Positions 48,007-59,095 are shown, counted from the first letter of the stretch. The stretch is 64,000 nt of DNA from an uncultured delta proteobacterium (GCA_963843145.1 CAWJJC010000017.1:32001-96000), one strand, 5' to 3'. The notes: generated by a model from the letters alone, not told the origin. Numbers and translations are program-made.

Positions 48007-48081
48007 GGGCGGGTAGCTCAGCGGGAGAGCATCGGCCTTACAAGCCGAGGGTCACAGGTTCAAATCCTGTTCCGCCTACCA
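48007..48081 (+). tRNA. tRNA-Val(TAC)
   Basis: Cloverleaf with anticodon arm TCGGC-CTTACAA-GCCGA, T-loop GGTTCAAATCC and encoded CCA. Confidence 0.96.
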
Positions 48082-48092
48082 ACATGAGTTGC

Positions 48093-48169
<77 letters not shown>

Positions 48170-48177
48170 GAATATCC

Positions 48178-48211
48178 AAGGGCTTAGAAGCAATTCTAAG
48201 CCCTTTTTTTT
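48178..48211 (+). terminator. intrinsic terminator of the tRNA operon
   Basis: AAGGGCTTAGAA-GCAA-TTCTAAGCCCTT followed by a T-run. Confidence 0.9.
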
Positions 48212-48455
48212 CAGCAGTTTTAACGCGAGTCTCAATTCTTATTTGGTTAAGGATGGGAGGATATCGCTATAACGTTGCATTTAATTTCGGAAAAAGTTGC
48301 ACGTAATTTTGGATTTCCAACTTCTTTTCTATGATAAAATCCTTGAACAGAATTTCGGGATTTCCTCTATTTTCTTCTTGATCCCTTTTTTTCTTATTTT
48401 ATACTCTACCGTTTGAGATTGTCATACGTCCGAACAAAGAAAAAGCGGAAAGCGA

Positions 48456-49670
48456 ATGAACTTCAATACAGAAATTCGAATCGCCTTGCGAGCCTTGGTG
48501 CGCTACAAGCTGCGCAGCGGGCTGGCCATGCTGAGCATCATTTTCGGCGTGGGGGCCTTTATCTGCAGTGTGGCGATCGGGCAAGGCGCGTCGTACCAAA
48601 TCGAGGAACAAATTTACAACCTGGGGGAGAACATGATCTGGATCGAAGCCGGGGGCCGCAACGTTAAAGGGGTGCGGACGGGCACGCACGGCACCAAGAG
48701 CCTCACCCTGCAGGACGCGCGCGCGATTCAGGAGCAAATCTCCCTTGTCGATAATGTATCGCCGCATGTCAACACGAGAGTTCAAGTCGTAAACCGAAAC
48801 CAGAATTGGGCCACCATGGTGCGCGGAGTGTCCCCAGGATATCTGGACATTCGGCGCTGGGACCTGGAAAGCGGGAGATCCTTCTTACAAGACGACGTGG
48901 CTTTTGCCGCGAAGGTCTGTGTTCTCGGCCAGACAGTTGTGGCCAACCTGTTTGATCGAGAGTATCCGGTCGGTCAGACTATCAGCGTGCAGAAGATCCC
49001 ATGCCGGGTCATTGGCGTGCTGAAGCGCAAAGGGCAATCGGCGATTGGTCGGGACCAAGATGACGTACTTCTCATGCCCTACACCACAGTGCAGAAGAAA
49101 ATCAAAGGGATCTCTTGGCTCGACGACATCATGTGTTCGGCGGTCTCGTCAGGGGCCATCGAGACGGCCGAGGCGGAGATCACGACTCTGCTGCGGCAGC
49201 GGCATCACATTTTAGTGGGTCAAGCGGACGATTTCAACCTGCGGCACCCCGCCGATGTCGCAAAAGCCAATGCCGAGGCCCAGCATACTATGACGCTGCT
49301 CCTAGCCAGCATCTCTGCGGTCGCCCTGTTGGTGGCCGGGGTAGGAATCATGAACATCATGCTGATGTCCGTTACAGAGCGCACAAGGGAGATCGGCATT
49401 CGAATGGCTGTGGGTGCCCGGGCCCGGGACATCCTCTGGCAGTTTCTGGCCGAAGCCCTGGTCCTGAACCTGATCGGGGGATTATTCGGCATCGCCCTGG
49501 GCGTTGAGGCTTCTCACTTCATCTCCCAGATCTTCAAGTGGCCAACCCTCATCTCCCCGCAAGCGATATTCCTCTCCTTTTCCTTCGCTGGCCTGGTAGG
49601 CATCTTCTTCGGCTTCTACCCGGCGCGAAAGGCCTCGCGACTCGACCCCATCGAGGCCCTCCGCAGGTAG
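48456..49670 (+). CDS. MacB/FtsX-family ABC transporter permease
   Basis: RSGLAMLSIIFGV, GVGIMNIMLMSVTERTREIGIRMAVGA, FYPARKASRLDPIEALR. Confidence 0.93.
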   Translation: MNFNTEIRIALRALVRYKLRSGLAMLSIIFGVGAFICSVAIGQGASYQIEEQIYNLGENMIWIEAGGRNVKGVRTGTHGTKSLTLQDARAIQEQISLVDNVSPHVNTRVQVVNRNQNWATMVRGVSPGYLDIRRWDLESGRSFLQDDVAFAAKVCVLGQTVVANLFDREYPVGQTISVQKIPCRVIGVLKRKGQSAIGRDQDDVLLMPYTTVQKKIKGISWLDDIMCSAVSSGAIETAEAEITTLLRQRHHILVGQADDFNLRHPADVAKANAEAQHTMTLLLASISAVALLVAGVGIMNIMLMSVTERTREIGIRMAVGARARDILWQFLAEALVLNLIGGLFGIALGVEASHFISQIFKWPTLISPQAIFLSFSFAGLVGIFFGFYPARKASRLDPIEALRR

Positions 49671-49862
49671 AGTCCGAAGACCTGTCCTGAGATTCCGATT
49701 GGTCCCAATTCATTTTCATTAATTTCTTCAAAACTCTCAATACGTCCCATTGATCTTTTTTCGACAAAAGGAAATCATCCTTCAAGTTCACCATTTCCTT
49801 GATCTTTTCAAAAAAAAAGAAGAAAATCACGATAAACCAAAATCCAATGAAGGAGTGAAACC

Positions 49863-50426
49863 ATGGCTACAAAGAAAATGGATTACTTTACGGCCTTGTA
49901 CGACGTGGCGAAAGTGATCAACGCCTCCCTCGAACTCCCCGAGGTGCTGGACAAAGTCGTTCGCCAGGTTACCGAATCTATGAACGTGAAAGCCAGCTCC
50001 CTGCGCCTACTGGAACCCAAGCGTAAACGGTTGATCATGGCCGCCGCCTACGGACTGACCACCGGTTACGTGCGCAAAGGACCGGTACTGGTGGAAAAAA
50101 GCGGACTGGACCGCAAGGCCCTCAAAGGGGAAACCATTTGGATTGCGGATGCCCAATCAGATAAAAATTTTCAGTACGGGCAGCGGGCCAAGGAGGAAGG
50201 GATTAAATCCGTTTTGGTGGTTCCCCTGGGGGTCGGGAAAAAAGTGATCGGCGTCCTGAGGGTCTACACGGAAAAACCCAGGGAATTCAGCGGCCAGGAA
50301 ATTCAGTTTTTGGATGCCGTGGCCAACCTCAGCGCGCTGGCCATTGAAAACGCCCGTTTGCACCAGCATCTGAAAACGGAATGCGCCCTGCTAAGCGAAT
50401 ACAAGTTTCGGCTGGATGATAATTGA
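49863..50426 (+). CDS. stand-alone GAF domain protein
   Basis: INASLEL.EVL, EGIKSVLVVPL...KVIGVL, F...EI.FL.AVAN.SALAIENARL. Confidence 0.88.
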   Translation: MATKKMDYFTALYDVAKVINASLELPEVLDKVVRQVTESMNVKASSLRLLEPKRKRLIMAAAYGLTTGYVRKGPVLVEKSGLDRKALKGETIWIADAQSDKNFQYGQRAKEEGIKSVLVVPLGVGKKVIGVLRVYTEKPREFSGQEIQFLDAVANLSALAIENARLHQHLKTECALLSEYKFRLDDN

Positions 50427-50580
50427 TGGACTCCCCAAAAGTCCATCATCAGCCCGAGGGCGATTAAGCCCCGGGCTGAGGTAGGGGTGGAACCATTTGA
50501 ATTCACTTCAAATGGCGGGGGAGGGGAATCCCTCTCCCGCCGAGCAGAAAGTCGTCTTTTGACTTTTTGCGAGGTTATCA
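50424..50580. repeat. family B palindromic element
   Basis: TGATGGACTCCCCAAAAGTC...GACTTTTTGCGAGGTTATCA; its interior is the reverse complement of 52621-52662. Confidence 0.8.
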
Positions 50581-50607
50581 TAATTTGGTAACTAAAAGGA
50601 GGCTCGT

Positions 50608-51618
50608 ATGATTCGCATCGGGATTAACGGCTTCGGCCGGATCGGACGCCAGGTATTGAAAGCCGTCATGGAACGGCATCCCCAAACCCTCCAGGTGGTG
50701 GCTATTAACGATCTGTTTGACACGGAGACCAACGCCCATCTCTTTAAATATGACACCAATTACGGCCGCTTCGATGGGAAAGTGGTTGTCGAAAAAGATC
50801 GCTTTCTGATCAACGGGCAGCCGGTGATCAGTTACGCCTGCAAGGACCCCTCCACCATTCCCTGGGACGATATCGGCGTGGAACTGGTGGTCGAGAGTAC
50901 CGGCCTGTTTACCACCGGTCCCAAGGCCCAGGCCCACCTGGAGGCCGGGGCCAAAAAGGTGATCATTTCCGCCCCGGCCAAGGAAGTCGATCTGACCGTG
51001 GTGATGGGGGTAAACCAGGATCAATACCAGCCTAAAACCCATCAGATCGTTTCCAACGCCTCCTGCACCACCAATTGTCTGGCCCCGCCCACCCTGGTCC
51101 TCCATCAGGCCTTCGGGATTGAACGGGGCATGATGGTTACCGTCCACTCTTATACCAACGACCAGCGTATCCTAGACCTCCCACACAAGGACCTGCGCCG
51201 AGCCCGGGCCGCGGGCCAAAATATCATCCCCACCACCACCGGGGCCGCCCGGGCCTTGGCCCTGGTCATACCCGAGCTGGCCGGCCGGTTTGACGGCTAT
51301 TCCCTCCGGGTTCCCACGCCGACGGTTTCGGTGGTGGATTTGACCATCCAGTTGCAGAAAGCCACCACTACCGAGGAATTACGGGAGGTCTTGAAGAAAG
51401 CCGCCGGGGGTCGTCTGAAGGGCATCATGGCCTGCGAAGAAGAGCGGCTGGTTTCCATGGATTTCAAAGGGAATGACCATTCTTCCATTGTCGATCTGGA
51501 GTTTACCCAGGTGCTTCTGGAGACTATGGCCAAAGTGGTCACCTGGTATGACAACGAGTGGGGCTATTCCTGCCGGGTAGCGGACCTGGCCGATTTTATG
51601 GCCAAACAGGGATTCTAA
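50608..51618 (+). CDS. gap: type I glyceraldehyde-3-phosphate dehydrogenase
   Basis: [29 protein letters not shown]. Confidence 0.97.
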   Translation: MIRIGINGFGRIGRQVLKAVMERHPQTLQVVAINDLFDTETNAHLFKYDTNYGRFDGKVVVEKDRFLINGQPVISYACKDPSTIPWDDIGVELVVESTGLFTTGPKAQAHLEAGAKKVIISAPAKEVDLTVVMGVNQDQYQPKTHQIVSNASCTTNCLAPPTLVLHQAFGIERGMMVTVHSYTNDQRILDLPHKDLRRARAAGQNIIPTTTGAARALALVIPELAGRFDGYSLRVPTPTVSVVDLTIQLQKATTTEELREVLKKAAGGRLKGIMACEEERLVSMDFKGNDHSSIVDLEFTQVLLETMAKVVTWYDNEWGYSCRVADLADFMAKQGF

Positions 51619-51762
51619 CGGGGGAGAATTGACGGCGGGCACATCGAAGCATGAAAATAAGGGGCCAACATAAGCCTAACTTGTTGACATTAATAATTAA
51701 TAATCAATTGTTCATTATTAACTGTTAATAAAGGCTTTGTGGTGCCAAGTTCTATTTTCGTA

Positions 51763-52575
51763 CTAATGCCAAGTTCCCGAAAGTGTCTTGTCTATCGGCC
51801 CGGATAAAAGGTTGGAACGCAGCAACTGAAAAAGTTCGGCCAGCAAGGCGGGAAAGGGGTGCGCCTCTTTTTCCAAGGGAACCAGGGCCATCTCTTCCAG
51901 CAGGGCCTGGTCTTCCCGCAGGAGTTGGGCGTGCCGACTCCACCATTGGATCTTCAATTCCCGGGCAGCGGATAAATCCTGTTCGTCCAGACAGGTGATG
52001 GCCAGAAAGTGCGGAAGAAAAGCGGACAAGCAGGCCGCCCGAATCCAGGGATGGGGGATAGCCAGTTGATAAGGCTCCATTTCTTCCGCCAGGACTTTAA
52101 GGCGGTACGAAAAAAGGGAAACCTGCCCCTCCCCCAGACCGATGGTAGCTATCCAGCGGATGGTAAAAAAGGCTTCCAAGCCGTTCTTCAGCCTTTCAAC
52201 AATCTGGCGGACCAGATTGACCGCCGATCCGGTAACCGGGAAAAGGGGCAGGATTTGCCGGCTAAAATTGAAGGGGGAAAAGGCTCTTTGTTTATGAAGC
52301 CGATAATGGCCCAGCACATGATGCAACCAGCCTTTAATGGCCCGCTCGGGTGCCGGCCGGAGGAGTTCCCGGCAGAGATGCAGGACTAATTCATCCCCCT
52401 TTTCTTCCAGGACAATCGGGTCGTCCGAGTTGACCGGCCGGAACTCCCTAAAACCGGTTATAGTGGGATAAAAGGTCAGGGCCACGGTCCCTGGAAATGG
52501 AGACTCCGATTTCAGTCGGTATTCATCGATCCCTTCCCGAATGGTCGATTCCAAATTGAAGGCGGCGGGTCCCAA
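51763..52575 (-). CDS. hypothetical protein
   Basis: 270 aa ORF with a zincin-like GWLHHVLGHYRLH segment; start uncertain. Confidence 0.6.
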   Translation of the reverse strand: MGPAAFNLESTIREGIDEYRLKSESPFPGTVALTFYPTITGFREFRPVNSDDPIVLEEKGDELVLHLCRELLRPAPERAIKGWLHHVLGHYRLHKQRAFSPFNFSRQILPLFPVTGSAVNLVRQIVERLKNGLEAFFTIRWIATIGLGEGQVSLFSYRLKVLAEEMEPYQLAIPHPWIRAACLSAFLPHFLAITCLDEQDLSAARELKIQWWSRHAQLLREDQALLEEMALVPLEKEAHPFPALLAELFQLLRSNLLSGPIDKTLSGTWH

Positions 52576-52599
52576 AATTATATTCCGGCTTCCTTCCTT

Positions 52600-52710
52600 T
52601 GTTGCCCTTACAAAAAGTCCAAAAACGACTTTTTACTCGGTGCGAGAGGGATTTCCCACTCTCATCCCAGCCCGGCGCTTAGGCGCGACGGACTTTTTGC
52701 GAGTCCGTCT
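52600..52710. repeat. family B palindromic element overlapping the glnS 3' end
   Basis: CAAAAAGTCC...GGACTTTTTGCGAGTCCGTC. Confidence 0.8.
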
Positions 52711-54400
52711 TCAGTTTCTCCTCAATCCTGGCCCAGGTATCCCTCAGGGTGGCCGTGCGGTTAAACACCGGTTTCCCCGGAGTGGAATCCCGTCCGTCCA
52801 GGCAGAAGTACCCCAGCCTTTCAAACTGGTAGTGATTTCCTGTCTGGGCTCCTTGTAACTCGGGCTCAACCCAGCAGGAGTCTAAAACCTCCAGCGATTG
52901 CGGGTTCAGGGAAGCCTTGAAATCGCCCCCATCTTTCGCTTCTCCAGGGTTCGGCTTGAGGAAGAGGCGATCATAGAGCCGCACTTCCGCCTGGAATGCC
53001 TGGGAGGCCGAAACCCAATGCAGGGTGGCCTTCACCTTGCGGCCATCGGGCGCGTCCCCGCCCCGGGTGGCTGGATCGTAGGTGCAACGCAACTCGATTA
53101 CCTCTCCTGTTTTCTCATCACGCACCACCTCTTGGCAGGTGATAAAATAGGCGTAACGAAGACGGACTTCCCGGCCTGGGGCCAGGCGGTAAAACTGCTT
53201 GGGAGGGTCTTCCCGGAAGTCGTCCCGTTCGATATAGATTTCCTTAGAGAAAGGCACTTTGCGGTTCCCCATGGACGGGTCTTCGGGGTTATTGACGGCT
53301 TCCAATTCCTCCACCCGGTTTTCCGGATAATTGGTCAGCACCACCTTGAGGGGCCGCAGCACGGCCATGACCCGGGGGGCCCTTTTATTCAGATCTTCCC
53401 GCAAACAGTGTTCCAGTAGGGCCACGTCCACCAGGCTGTCTCGCCGGGCCACCCCGATGCGGTTGCAAAAATCTCGAATCGCCTCCGGGGTGTACCCCCG
53501 ACGGCGCAGGCCGGAAAGGGTAGGCATCCGGGGGTCATCCCAGCCGCTGACCAAACCCTCCTCCACCAGTTGCAGGAGCTTTCGCTTGCTCATCACCGTG
53601 TAGCTGAGGTTCAGCCGGGCGAATTCGATCTGCTGGGGATGATAAATCTCCAGTTCATCCAGAAACCAGTCGTAAAGCGGCCGATGGTCTTCAAACTCCA
53701 GGGTGCAAATGGAATGGGTGATCTTTTCCAGGGAATCGCAGAGGCCGTGGGTGAAATCGTACATGGGATAGAGGCACCACCTTGGGCCGGTGCGATGGTG
53801 CTCGGCGTGCATGATCCGGTACATTACCGGGTCGCGCAGATTCAAATTGGGAGAGGCCATGTCAATTTTCGCCCGCAGGGTCCGGGACCCGTCGGGGAAT
53901 TCCCCGGCCCGCATCCGGGTGAAGAGGTCCAGGTTTTCCTCGACCGAACGGTCTCGAAAAGGGCTGTCCTTTCCGGGTTCGGTCAGGGTCCCCCGGTATC
54001 GCCTAACCTCTTCCGCGGTCAGGTCGCAAACGTAGGCCTTGCCCTTTTTTATAAGTTGGACGGCGAAATCGTAGAGTTGTTCAAAATAATCAGAGGCGTA
54101 ATAGAGGCGGTCGTCCCAGCCGAAACCCAGCCAGCGCACATCTTCCTGAATGGATTCCACATATTCCACCTCCTCCTTACTCGGATTGGTGTCGTCGAAG
54201 CGAAGGTTGCAGAGGCCCCGATAGTCGGCCGCGATGCCGAAATTGATGCAAATCGACTTGGCGTGGCCGATGTGGAGGTAGCCGTTGGGTTCAGGCGGGA
54301 AACGGGTATGAACCCGGCCGCCGTATTTGTTGGTTTCCAAATCATCGTTAATGATGGAACGGATGAAATCCGTTCCCAGTTCTGCAGGGTTCTCTTTCAT
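52679..54400 (-). CDS. glnS: glutamine--tRNA ligase
   Basis: [49 protein letters not shown]. Confidence 0.97.
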   Translation of the reverse strand: MKENPAELGTDFIRSIINDDLETNKYGGRVHTRFPPEPNGYLHIGHAKSICINFGIAADYRGLCNLRFDDTNPSKEEVEYVESIQEDVRWLGFGWDDRLYYASDYFEQLYDFAVQLIKKGKAYVCDLTAEEVRRYRGTLTEPGKDSPFRDRSVEENLDLFTRMRAGEFPDGSRTLRAKIDMASPNLNLRDPVMYRIMHAEHHRTGPRWCLYPMYDFTHGLCDSLEKITHSICTLEFEDHRPLYDWFLDELEIYHPQQIEFARLNLSYTVMSKRKLLQLVEEGLVSGWDDPRMPTLSGLRRRGYTPEAIRDFCNRIGVARRDSLVDVALLEHCLREDLNKRAPRVMAVLRPLKVVLTNYPENRVEELEAVNNPEDPSMGNRKVPFSKEIYIERDDFREDPPKQFYRLAPGREVRLRYAYFITCQEVVRDEKTGEVIELRCTYDPATRGGDAPDGRKVKATLHWVSASQAFQAEVRLYDRLFLKPNPGEAKDGGDFKASLNPQSLEVLDSCWVEPELQGAQTGNHYQFERLGYFCLDGRDSTPGKPVFNRTATLRDTWARIEEKLKTDSQKVRRA

Positions 54401-54583
54401 AGGGTCTGGTCCTTAAACGGCAATTAGTATTTGAATAGTTTTCTTAATCAGTCCTAATCATATTTTCTTTTGGCCGAGATTCCAAGTTGATTTTTTTCCG
54501 GAGGTGGGTTAAATTCACCTTAACCGGATTCTCGCCGAAGGCCAAATAAATAATATATAAGATCGGAATAGAAAAATAAACCT

Positions 54584-55726
54584 ATGAAACGCGCTTTAAT
54601 TACCGGGGTTACCGGGCAGGACGGATCCTATTTAACCGAGCTATTGCTGGAAAAAGGCTACGAAGTTCATGGCATCCTGCGCCGCAGCAGTTCCTTCAAC
54701 ACCGCTCGCATCGACCATCTGTACAGTGATGCCGGTATCTTCGACAAAACCTTTATCACCCATTACGGGGACCTGACCGATTCCAGCAACCTGAACCGGA
54801 TACTGGAACGGGTCCAACCCGATGAGATTTATAACCTGGCCGCCCAAAGCCATGTCCGGGTTTCTTTTGAGGTCCCGGAGTACACGGCCGAGGTGGACGC
54901 CATCGGAACACTGCGTTTTCTGGATGCCATCAAGAACACGGGCATCAAGACCCGATTTTACCAGGCCTCCACCAGCGAACTGTACGGGAAGGTGCGGGAA
55001 ATCCCCCAGAACGAATCCACTCCTTTCTACCCCCGCTCCCCTTATGGAGTCGCCAAGATTTATGGCTTCTGGATTGTGGTCAACTATCGGGAGGCTTATA
55101 ACCTTTATGCCTGCAATGGCATCCTCTTCAACCACGAATCCCCTCGCCGGGGGGAAACCTTCGTGACCCGTAAGATCACCCGAGCCGCAGCCCGGATCCG
55201 GTTGGGTGTCCAGCAGGAGATGACCTTAGGCAACCTGGAAGCCAAGCGGGACTGGGGGTACGCCCCGGAATATGTGGAAGCCATGTGGAGGATGCTTCAG
55301 CAGGACCAGCCCGATGACTTTGTCATTGCCACCGGAGAAACCCATTCGGTCCGGGAGTTCGTCGAGGCGGCCTTCCGGACCGTCGGCCTGGAGATTGAAT
55401 GGCGGGGCTCAGGGGTCGACGAAGTGGGGATCCTGGCGGGAATTAGTTCGGTACCCCTGGAGGCCGAACGGGACAGCCGGTCAAACGGTCCCAACGGACA
55501 TCGGGAACCGGCGATCCCCTTGGAACGGGCCCAACCGCCGGAGGTTGGTTCGGTCCTGCTGCGGATTGATCCGGTCTATTATCGCCCCACTGAAGTGGAT
55601 ATTCTGATTGGCGATCCGGCCAAAGCCAAGAACAAACTGGACTGGGAGGCCAAGGTAAAATTCGATCAGTTGGCTCGGATGATGGCCCGGGCCGATCTGG
55701 AAAAGGTCAGCCAGCGGGGATATTAG
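54584..55726 (+). CDS. gmd: GDP-mannose 4,6-dehydratase
   Basis: [45 protein letters not shown]. Confidence 0.97.
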   Translation: MKRALITGVTGQDGSYLTELLLEKGYEVHGILRRSSSFNTARIDHLYSDAGIFDKTFITHYGDLTDSSNLNRILERVQPDEIYNLAAQSHVRVSFEVPEYTAEVDAIGTLRFLDAIKNTGIKTRFYQASTSELYGKVREIPQNESTPFYPRSPYGVAKIYGFWIVVNYREAYNLYACNGILFNHESPRRGETFVTRKITRAAARIRLGVQQEMTLGNLEAKRDWGYAPEYVEAMWRMLQQDQPDDFVIATGETHSVREFVEAAFRTVGLEIEWRGSGVDEVGILAGISSVPLEAERDSRSNGPNGHREPAIPLERAQPPEVGSVLLRIDPVYYRPTEVDILIGDPAKAKNKLDWEAKVKFDQLARMMARADLEKVSQRGY

Positions 55727-55730
55727 ACAA

Positions 55731-55803
55731 GAGGGGAGAAGGAAGATGGAAGCGGGAAGATGGGAGAAAAAGCGCAAGGCCTCATTATTCGCTGGGTGGG
55801 GAC
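55731..55803. repeat. purine-rich GGAAGAT heptamer repeat (family F)
   Basis: GGAGAAGGAAGATGGAAGCGGGAAGATGG...TCGCTGGGTGG; related to 57828-57893 and, on the minus strand, 47906-47932. Confidence 0.7.
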
Positions 55804-55891
55804 TTTTCGTATGGGTATCCGGCCGGCCGTCCTTTGAAAACCCTGTCGAAAGGCTCAAGCAAACCAGTCACCAGTACCGAGGCGTTTTATC

Positions 55892-56581
55892 ATGAAAATT
55901 CAGAAGAAATGGCTTGCCGGGTGGCCCCTGATCCTGCTCTGGGTTTGGGCCGGGATTGTTTGGGCCGGCAACGTTCAAATGCAGGTTCCCGAACCCCGTT
56001 TCGATTTTGGGGAATTGGGTGAAGGCGAAACCGTCAGTCATGATTTTAAAATATTGAATATCGGCGCCGAGGCCCTGCAAATTAAAGATGTCCGCCCCGG
56101 CTGAGGCTGCGCCGTGACCCGGTTTGACCGGGTCATCCCGCCGGGTGGCGAGGGAAAAGTTACCTTAAACGTCAATCTCAGGGGGTTTCAAGGGAAGGTC
56201 TGGAAGGAGGCCACCATTATCAGCAATGACCTCCAGCAGCCTTCTTTCCAGATCGTGCTTCAAGGCAAAGTCCGACCGTATATCGAGCTGCGCCCGGGTC
56301 CCTCCGTTCAATTCTCTCCGGCCGCCCCAGACGCTGATGAAAAAACCATCGACCTGCTGGCGACCGGTCAGGATTTTAAGGTGTTAAAAGTTGAAAATAA
56401 TTTAAAAGAAAAAATCGGCGCCCAATTGGAAACCATCGTCCCGGGCAGTCATTACCGACTCAAGATCACCAATCTTCAGCGGGAGGGGTCTTATTCCGGC
56501 GTCATCAAGTGTTTGACCGATCACCCCCAAAAACCGGAAGTCCTGATACGGATCAGCGCCCGATTCCCTCCAGCAAAATAA
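55892..56581 (+). CDS. exported DUF1573 (Ig-like) domain protein with an in-frame TGA at codon 71 (putative Sec, U-G-C motif)
   Basis: Signal peptide; FDFG.L.EG..VSHDF...N.G..AL.I.DVRPG-TGA-GC....IPPGGEG.V...SND. The two ORF-track pieces are in one frame. Confidence 0.85.
56115..56135 (+). promoter_or_regulatory. candidate SECIS hairpin
   Basis: Perfect 9-bp stem TGACCCGGT-TTG-ACCGGGTCA starting 10 nt after the UGA. Confidence 0.6.
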
Positions 56582-57808
56582 ATGCACATCCTTAACTTGA
56601 CCCATCTCTTCCATCCGGCCCATGGCGGGACAGAGATGGCCCTGCTCGAACTTTCGCGGGAGCTGGTGAAAAGGGATCATCGGGTCACTGTGCTCACTTC
56701 CAATCAACTGGGCTTGGAAGATTTTCAGCGTCCCCAAATTCATCCCTCCCTCCCGGAAGAAGAAACCTGGGAAGGGATTCGGATCATCCGGGTTCGTCTC
56801 CCCCCTCTTCAGCGCCTCCTTTTAGCCAAACTGGGAGCCCTCTCCTTGCGTAGTCGATTGCCGGGCGGGGATAGGCTCTGGTACAGGACCCAGGTGCCCC
56901 ACCTTCCCCAAATGATCCCGCAGGCGAGAAAGCTGAACCCGGATATCCTCTATGCCGTGCCCTTCCCCACCGCCACCCCCTACTATGCCTGGCAGGTGGC
57001 CAGCTATTTAGGCTGCCCCTGGGTAATACAGCCCCATATTCACGAATCCCAGATGAACGAATCCCTGCTGAAGATTCTGAAATGGATCTTTCCCAAGGCC
57101 TCGGCCGTTCTGACCAATACGGAGCCGGAAAAAAAATTCCTGATTTCCCAGGGGATCAAGCCCTCAAGAATCCAAGTTTTTGGACAGGGTCTCTCCGCAG
57201 AGGCTTTGATCCCCGGTGACGGCCAGGCCTTCCGCCGCCGCCAGGGCTGGACCGACGAACCATTGATCGTTTTTCTAGGACGGAAGGTGGAGGGGAAGGG
57301 GATCGACACCCTGCTTTCGGTTATGCCGCGGGTCTGGGACGAAACCCCGCAGGCGGTTCTCCTTTTAGCCGGTCAAACGAGTCCCTATTTTAGGGACCTG
57401 ATGGACCGGCTGCCGGCGGGACGCGATGCCCGCCTTCGGTCTCTGGATAATTTCCCGGAGAAAGAAAAGATCGACCTCCTGGCAGCCGCCGACCTTCTGG
57501 CCCTGCCTTCAGCGGTGGAGAGCTTCGGGGTGGTTTTTCTGGAGGCCTGGGCCCAAAAAAAGCCGGTGATCGGAGCGAATATTCCGGCCGTGGCAGCCCT
57601 GGTGGAAGATGGGAAAGATGGGTATCTGGTGCCCTTCGACGATCCGTCGGCCCTGGCCCAGGCCATGCTCAAGCTATTGAAAGATCCCGATCAACGCCGG
57701 CAAATGGGCGAGGCCGGCGGAGCCAAAGTCCGGGAACGTTTTGAGGTCGGAAAAGTGGCGGAAAAGATGGAGACCCTTTTTCTGGAACTGATAGAAGATG
57801 CCAAGTAA
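56582..57808 (+). CDS. glycosyltransferase family 4
   Basis: HPAHGGTE, FLGRKVEGKG, LPSAVESFGVVFLEAW. Confidence 0.92.
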   Translation: MHILNLTHLFHPAHGGTEMALLELSRELVKRDHRVTVLTSNQLGLEDFQRPQIHPSLPEEETWEGIRIIRVRLPPLQRLLLAKLGALSLRSRLPGGDRLWYRTQVPHLPQMIPQARKLNPDILYAVPFPTATPYYAWQVASYLGCPWVIQPHIHESQMNESLLKILKWIFPKASAVLTNTEPEKKFLISQGIKPSRIQVFGQGLSAEALIPGDGQAFRRRQGWTDEPLIVFLGRKVEGKGIDTLLSVMPRVWDETPQAVLLLAGQTSPYFRDLMDRLPAGRDARLRSLDNFPEKEKIDLLAAADLLALPSAVESFGVVFLEAWAQKKPVIGANIPAVAALVEDGKDGYLVPFDDPSALAQAMLKLLKDPDQRRQMGEAGGAKVRERFEVGKVAEKMETLFLELIEDAK

Positions 57809-57827
57809 CAAATGCTTGGACCTGGGG

Positions 57828-57893
57828 TGAGAGATGGAAGAGGGAAGATAGAAGATGGAAGAAAAGAGAAAGCTCCTGATCGCTGGGTGGACA
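57828..57893. repeat. family F heptamer repeat
   Basis: GAGATGGAAGAGGGAAGATAGAAGATGGAAG...TCGCTGGGTGG. Confidence 0.7.
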
Positions 57894-57948
57894 GTAGCTT
57901 ATTGAACGTTCCCTAGGTCGGCAAGCCAAAGGGAAGAACTATATTACC

Positions 57949-58099
57949 GAATATCCAATGTCCAACAAGGAATGTCCAATCATGAAGGAAAACGCCTTCG
58001 ATTTGCAGGACCGCAGCGATTGCGGGAAGCCAGGCCGGCAAACCTAGCTTCTCGCAATGATTGAGCGAACCTGAATCCCTTCTTGGATATTGGATATTC
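57949..58099. repeat. palindromic element with AATATCC/AATGTCC heptamer arms (family E)
   Basis: GAATATCCAATGTCCAACAAGGAATGTCCAA ... TTGGATATTGGATATTC. Confidence 0.75.
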
Positions 58100-58177
58100 A
58101 AATGAAACGGGACCGGACGGAAAGTACTTTCAATACGAACAAGTTATACCTGCGCATGCCCAAAGGTTAATCAAACC

Positions 58178-59050
58178 ATGAGCAACCAAGGCCCACATTC
58201 CGTTTCCGTCGTTATCTGCACCCTCAACCGGGAGGAGTCCCTGCTCCATGTCCTTCGTCTGTTGAAGGACCAGACGGTCCGGCCCTTGGAAATTCTGGTG
58301 GTGGACCAAAGCACGCGATCCTTCCCCAAAGTAATGGCCTATCTCCAAGGAGAGGGTCAGGACATTCGGCATCTGACCCTATCGCCTCCTTCCACTACGG
58401 CCGCTCGTAATCTGGCCATCCGGGAGACCCAAGGCGAAATCGTGCTTTTCCTCGATGACGACGTCCTTTTTCAGCCCGACCTGATCCGGCATCATCTGGA
58501 AAATTATGAAGATCCTTCCATCGGAGCCGTGAATGGCCGGATCATGTACGAAGGGGCCGAGGAAAACAACGAACCCTGGGCGGCCTGCCTGACCCGCACC
58601 GGGGCTTACCTCCGGAACTTCACCACCAACCAGCGCTGTGAGCTGCCCACCCTGTACGGTTGCAATATGTCCATCCGCCAAAAGGTCTTGCAAGAGGTCG
58701 GGGATTTCGATTTGAACTATTGGGGAAATTTCTTGTGGGAGGAAGTGGATTACGCCCTGCAAATCCGCCGTAAAGGCTACCGGATTCAATACGAACCCCG
58801 GGCCTCGGTCTTTCATGTGATGGTCAAGCAGGGAGGCAGCCGAAACCCCTTGCCTAACACGTACCAGGAAAGCACCATCTTCAATGACTGGTATTTCTTC
58901 TTTAAATATATCTCTTGGGGCTACTGGCCCTTCCTCTTCTACCGGCAGAAAAGGGTCTGGTGGAATTACGGACGACGTAACCGGATGAATATCCTGCCTC
59001 TATTCAAACAAATCCAAAAAGCTTGGCGAAAATCACCTGCCCCCCAATGA
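58178..59050 (+). CDS. glycosyltransferase family 2
   Basis: SVVICTLNR, VVDQS, ARN, LFLDDD, GCNMS, EEVD. Confidence 0.92.
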   Translation: MSNQGPHSVSVVICTLNREESLLHVLRLLKDQTVRPLEILVVDQSTRSFPKVMAYLQGEGQDIRHLTLSPPSTTAARNLAIRETQGEIVLFLDDDVLFQPDLIRHHLENYEDPSIGAVNGRIMYEGAEENNEPWAACLTRTGAYLRNFTTNQRCELPTLYGCNMSIRQKVLQEVGDFDLNYWGNFLWEEVDYALQIRRKGYRIQYEPRASVFHVMVKQGGSRNPLPNTYQESTIFNDWYFFFKYISWGYWPFLFYRQKRVWWNYGRRNRMNILPLFKQIQKAWRKSPAPQ

Positions 59051-59095
59051 TACGCACGCAAAAAGTCTGAAAATAATTATCGGCGGGGGCGGGGC

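Noticed and set aside
48170-49860. Integrative element at tRNA-Asp
   Set aside because: No integrase and no duplicated tRNA 3' end was found in the window.
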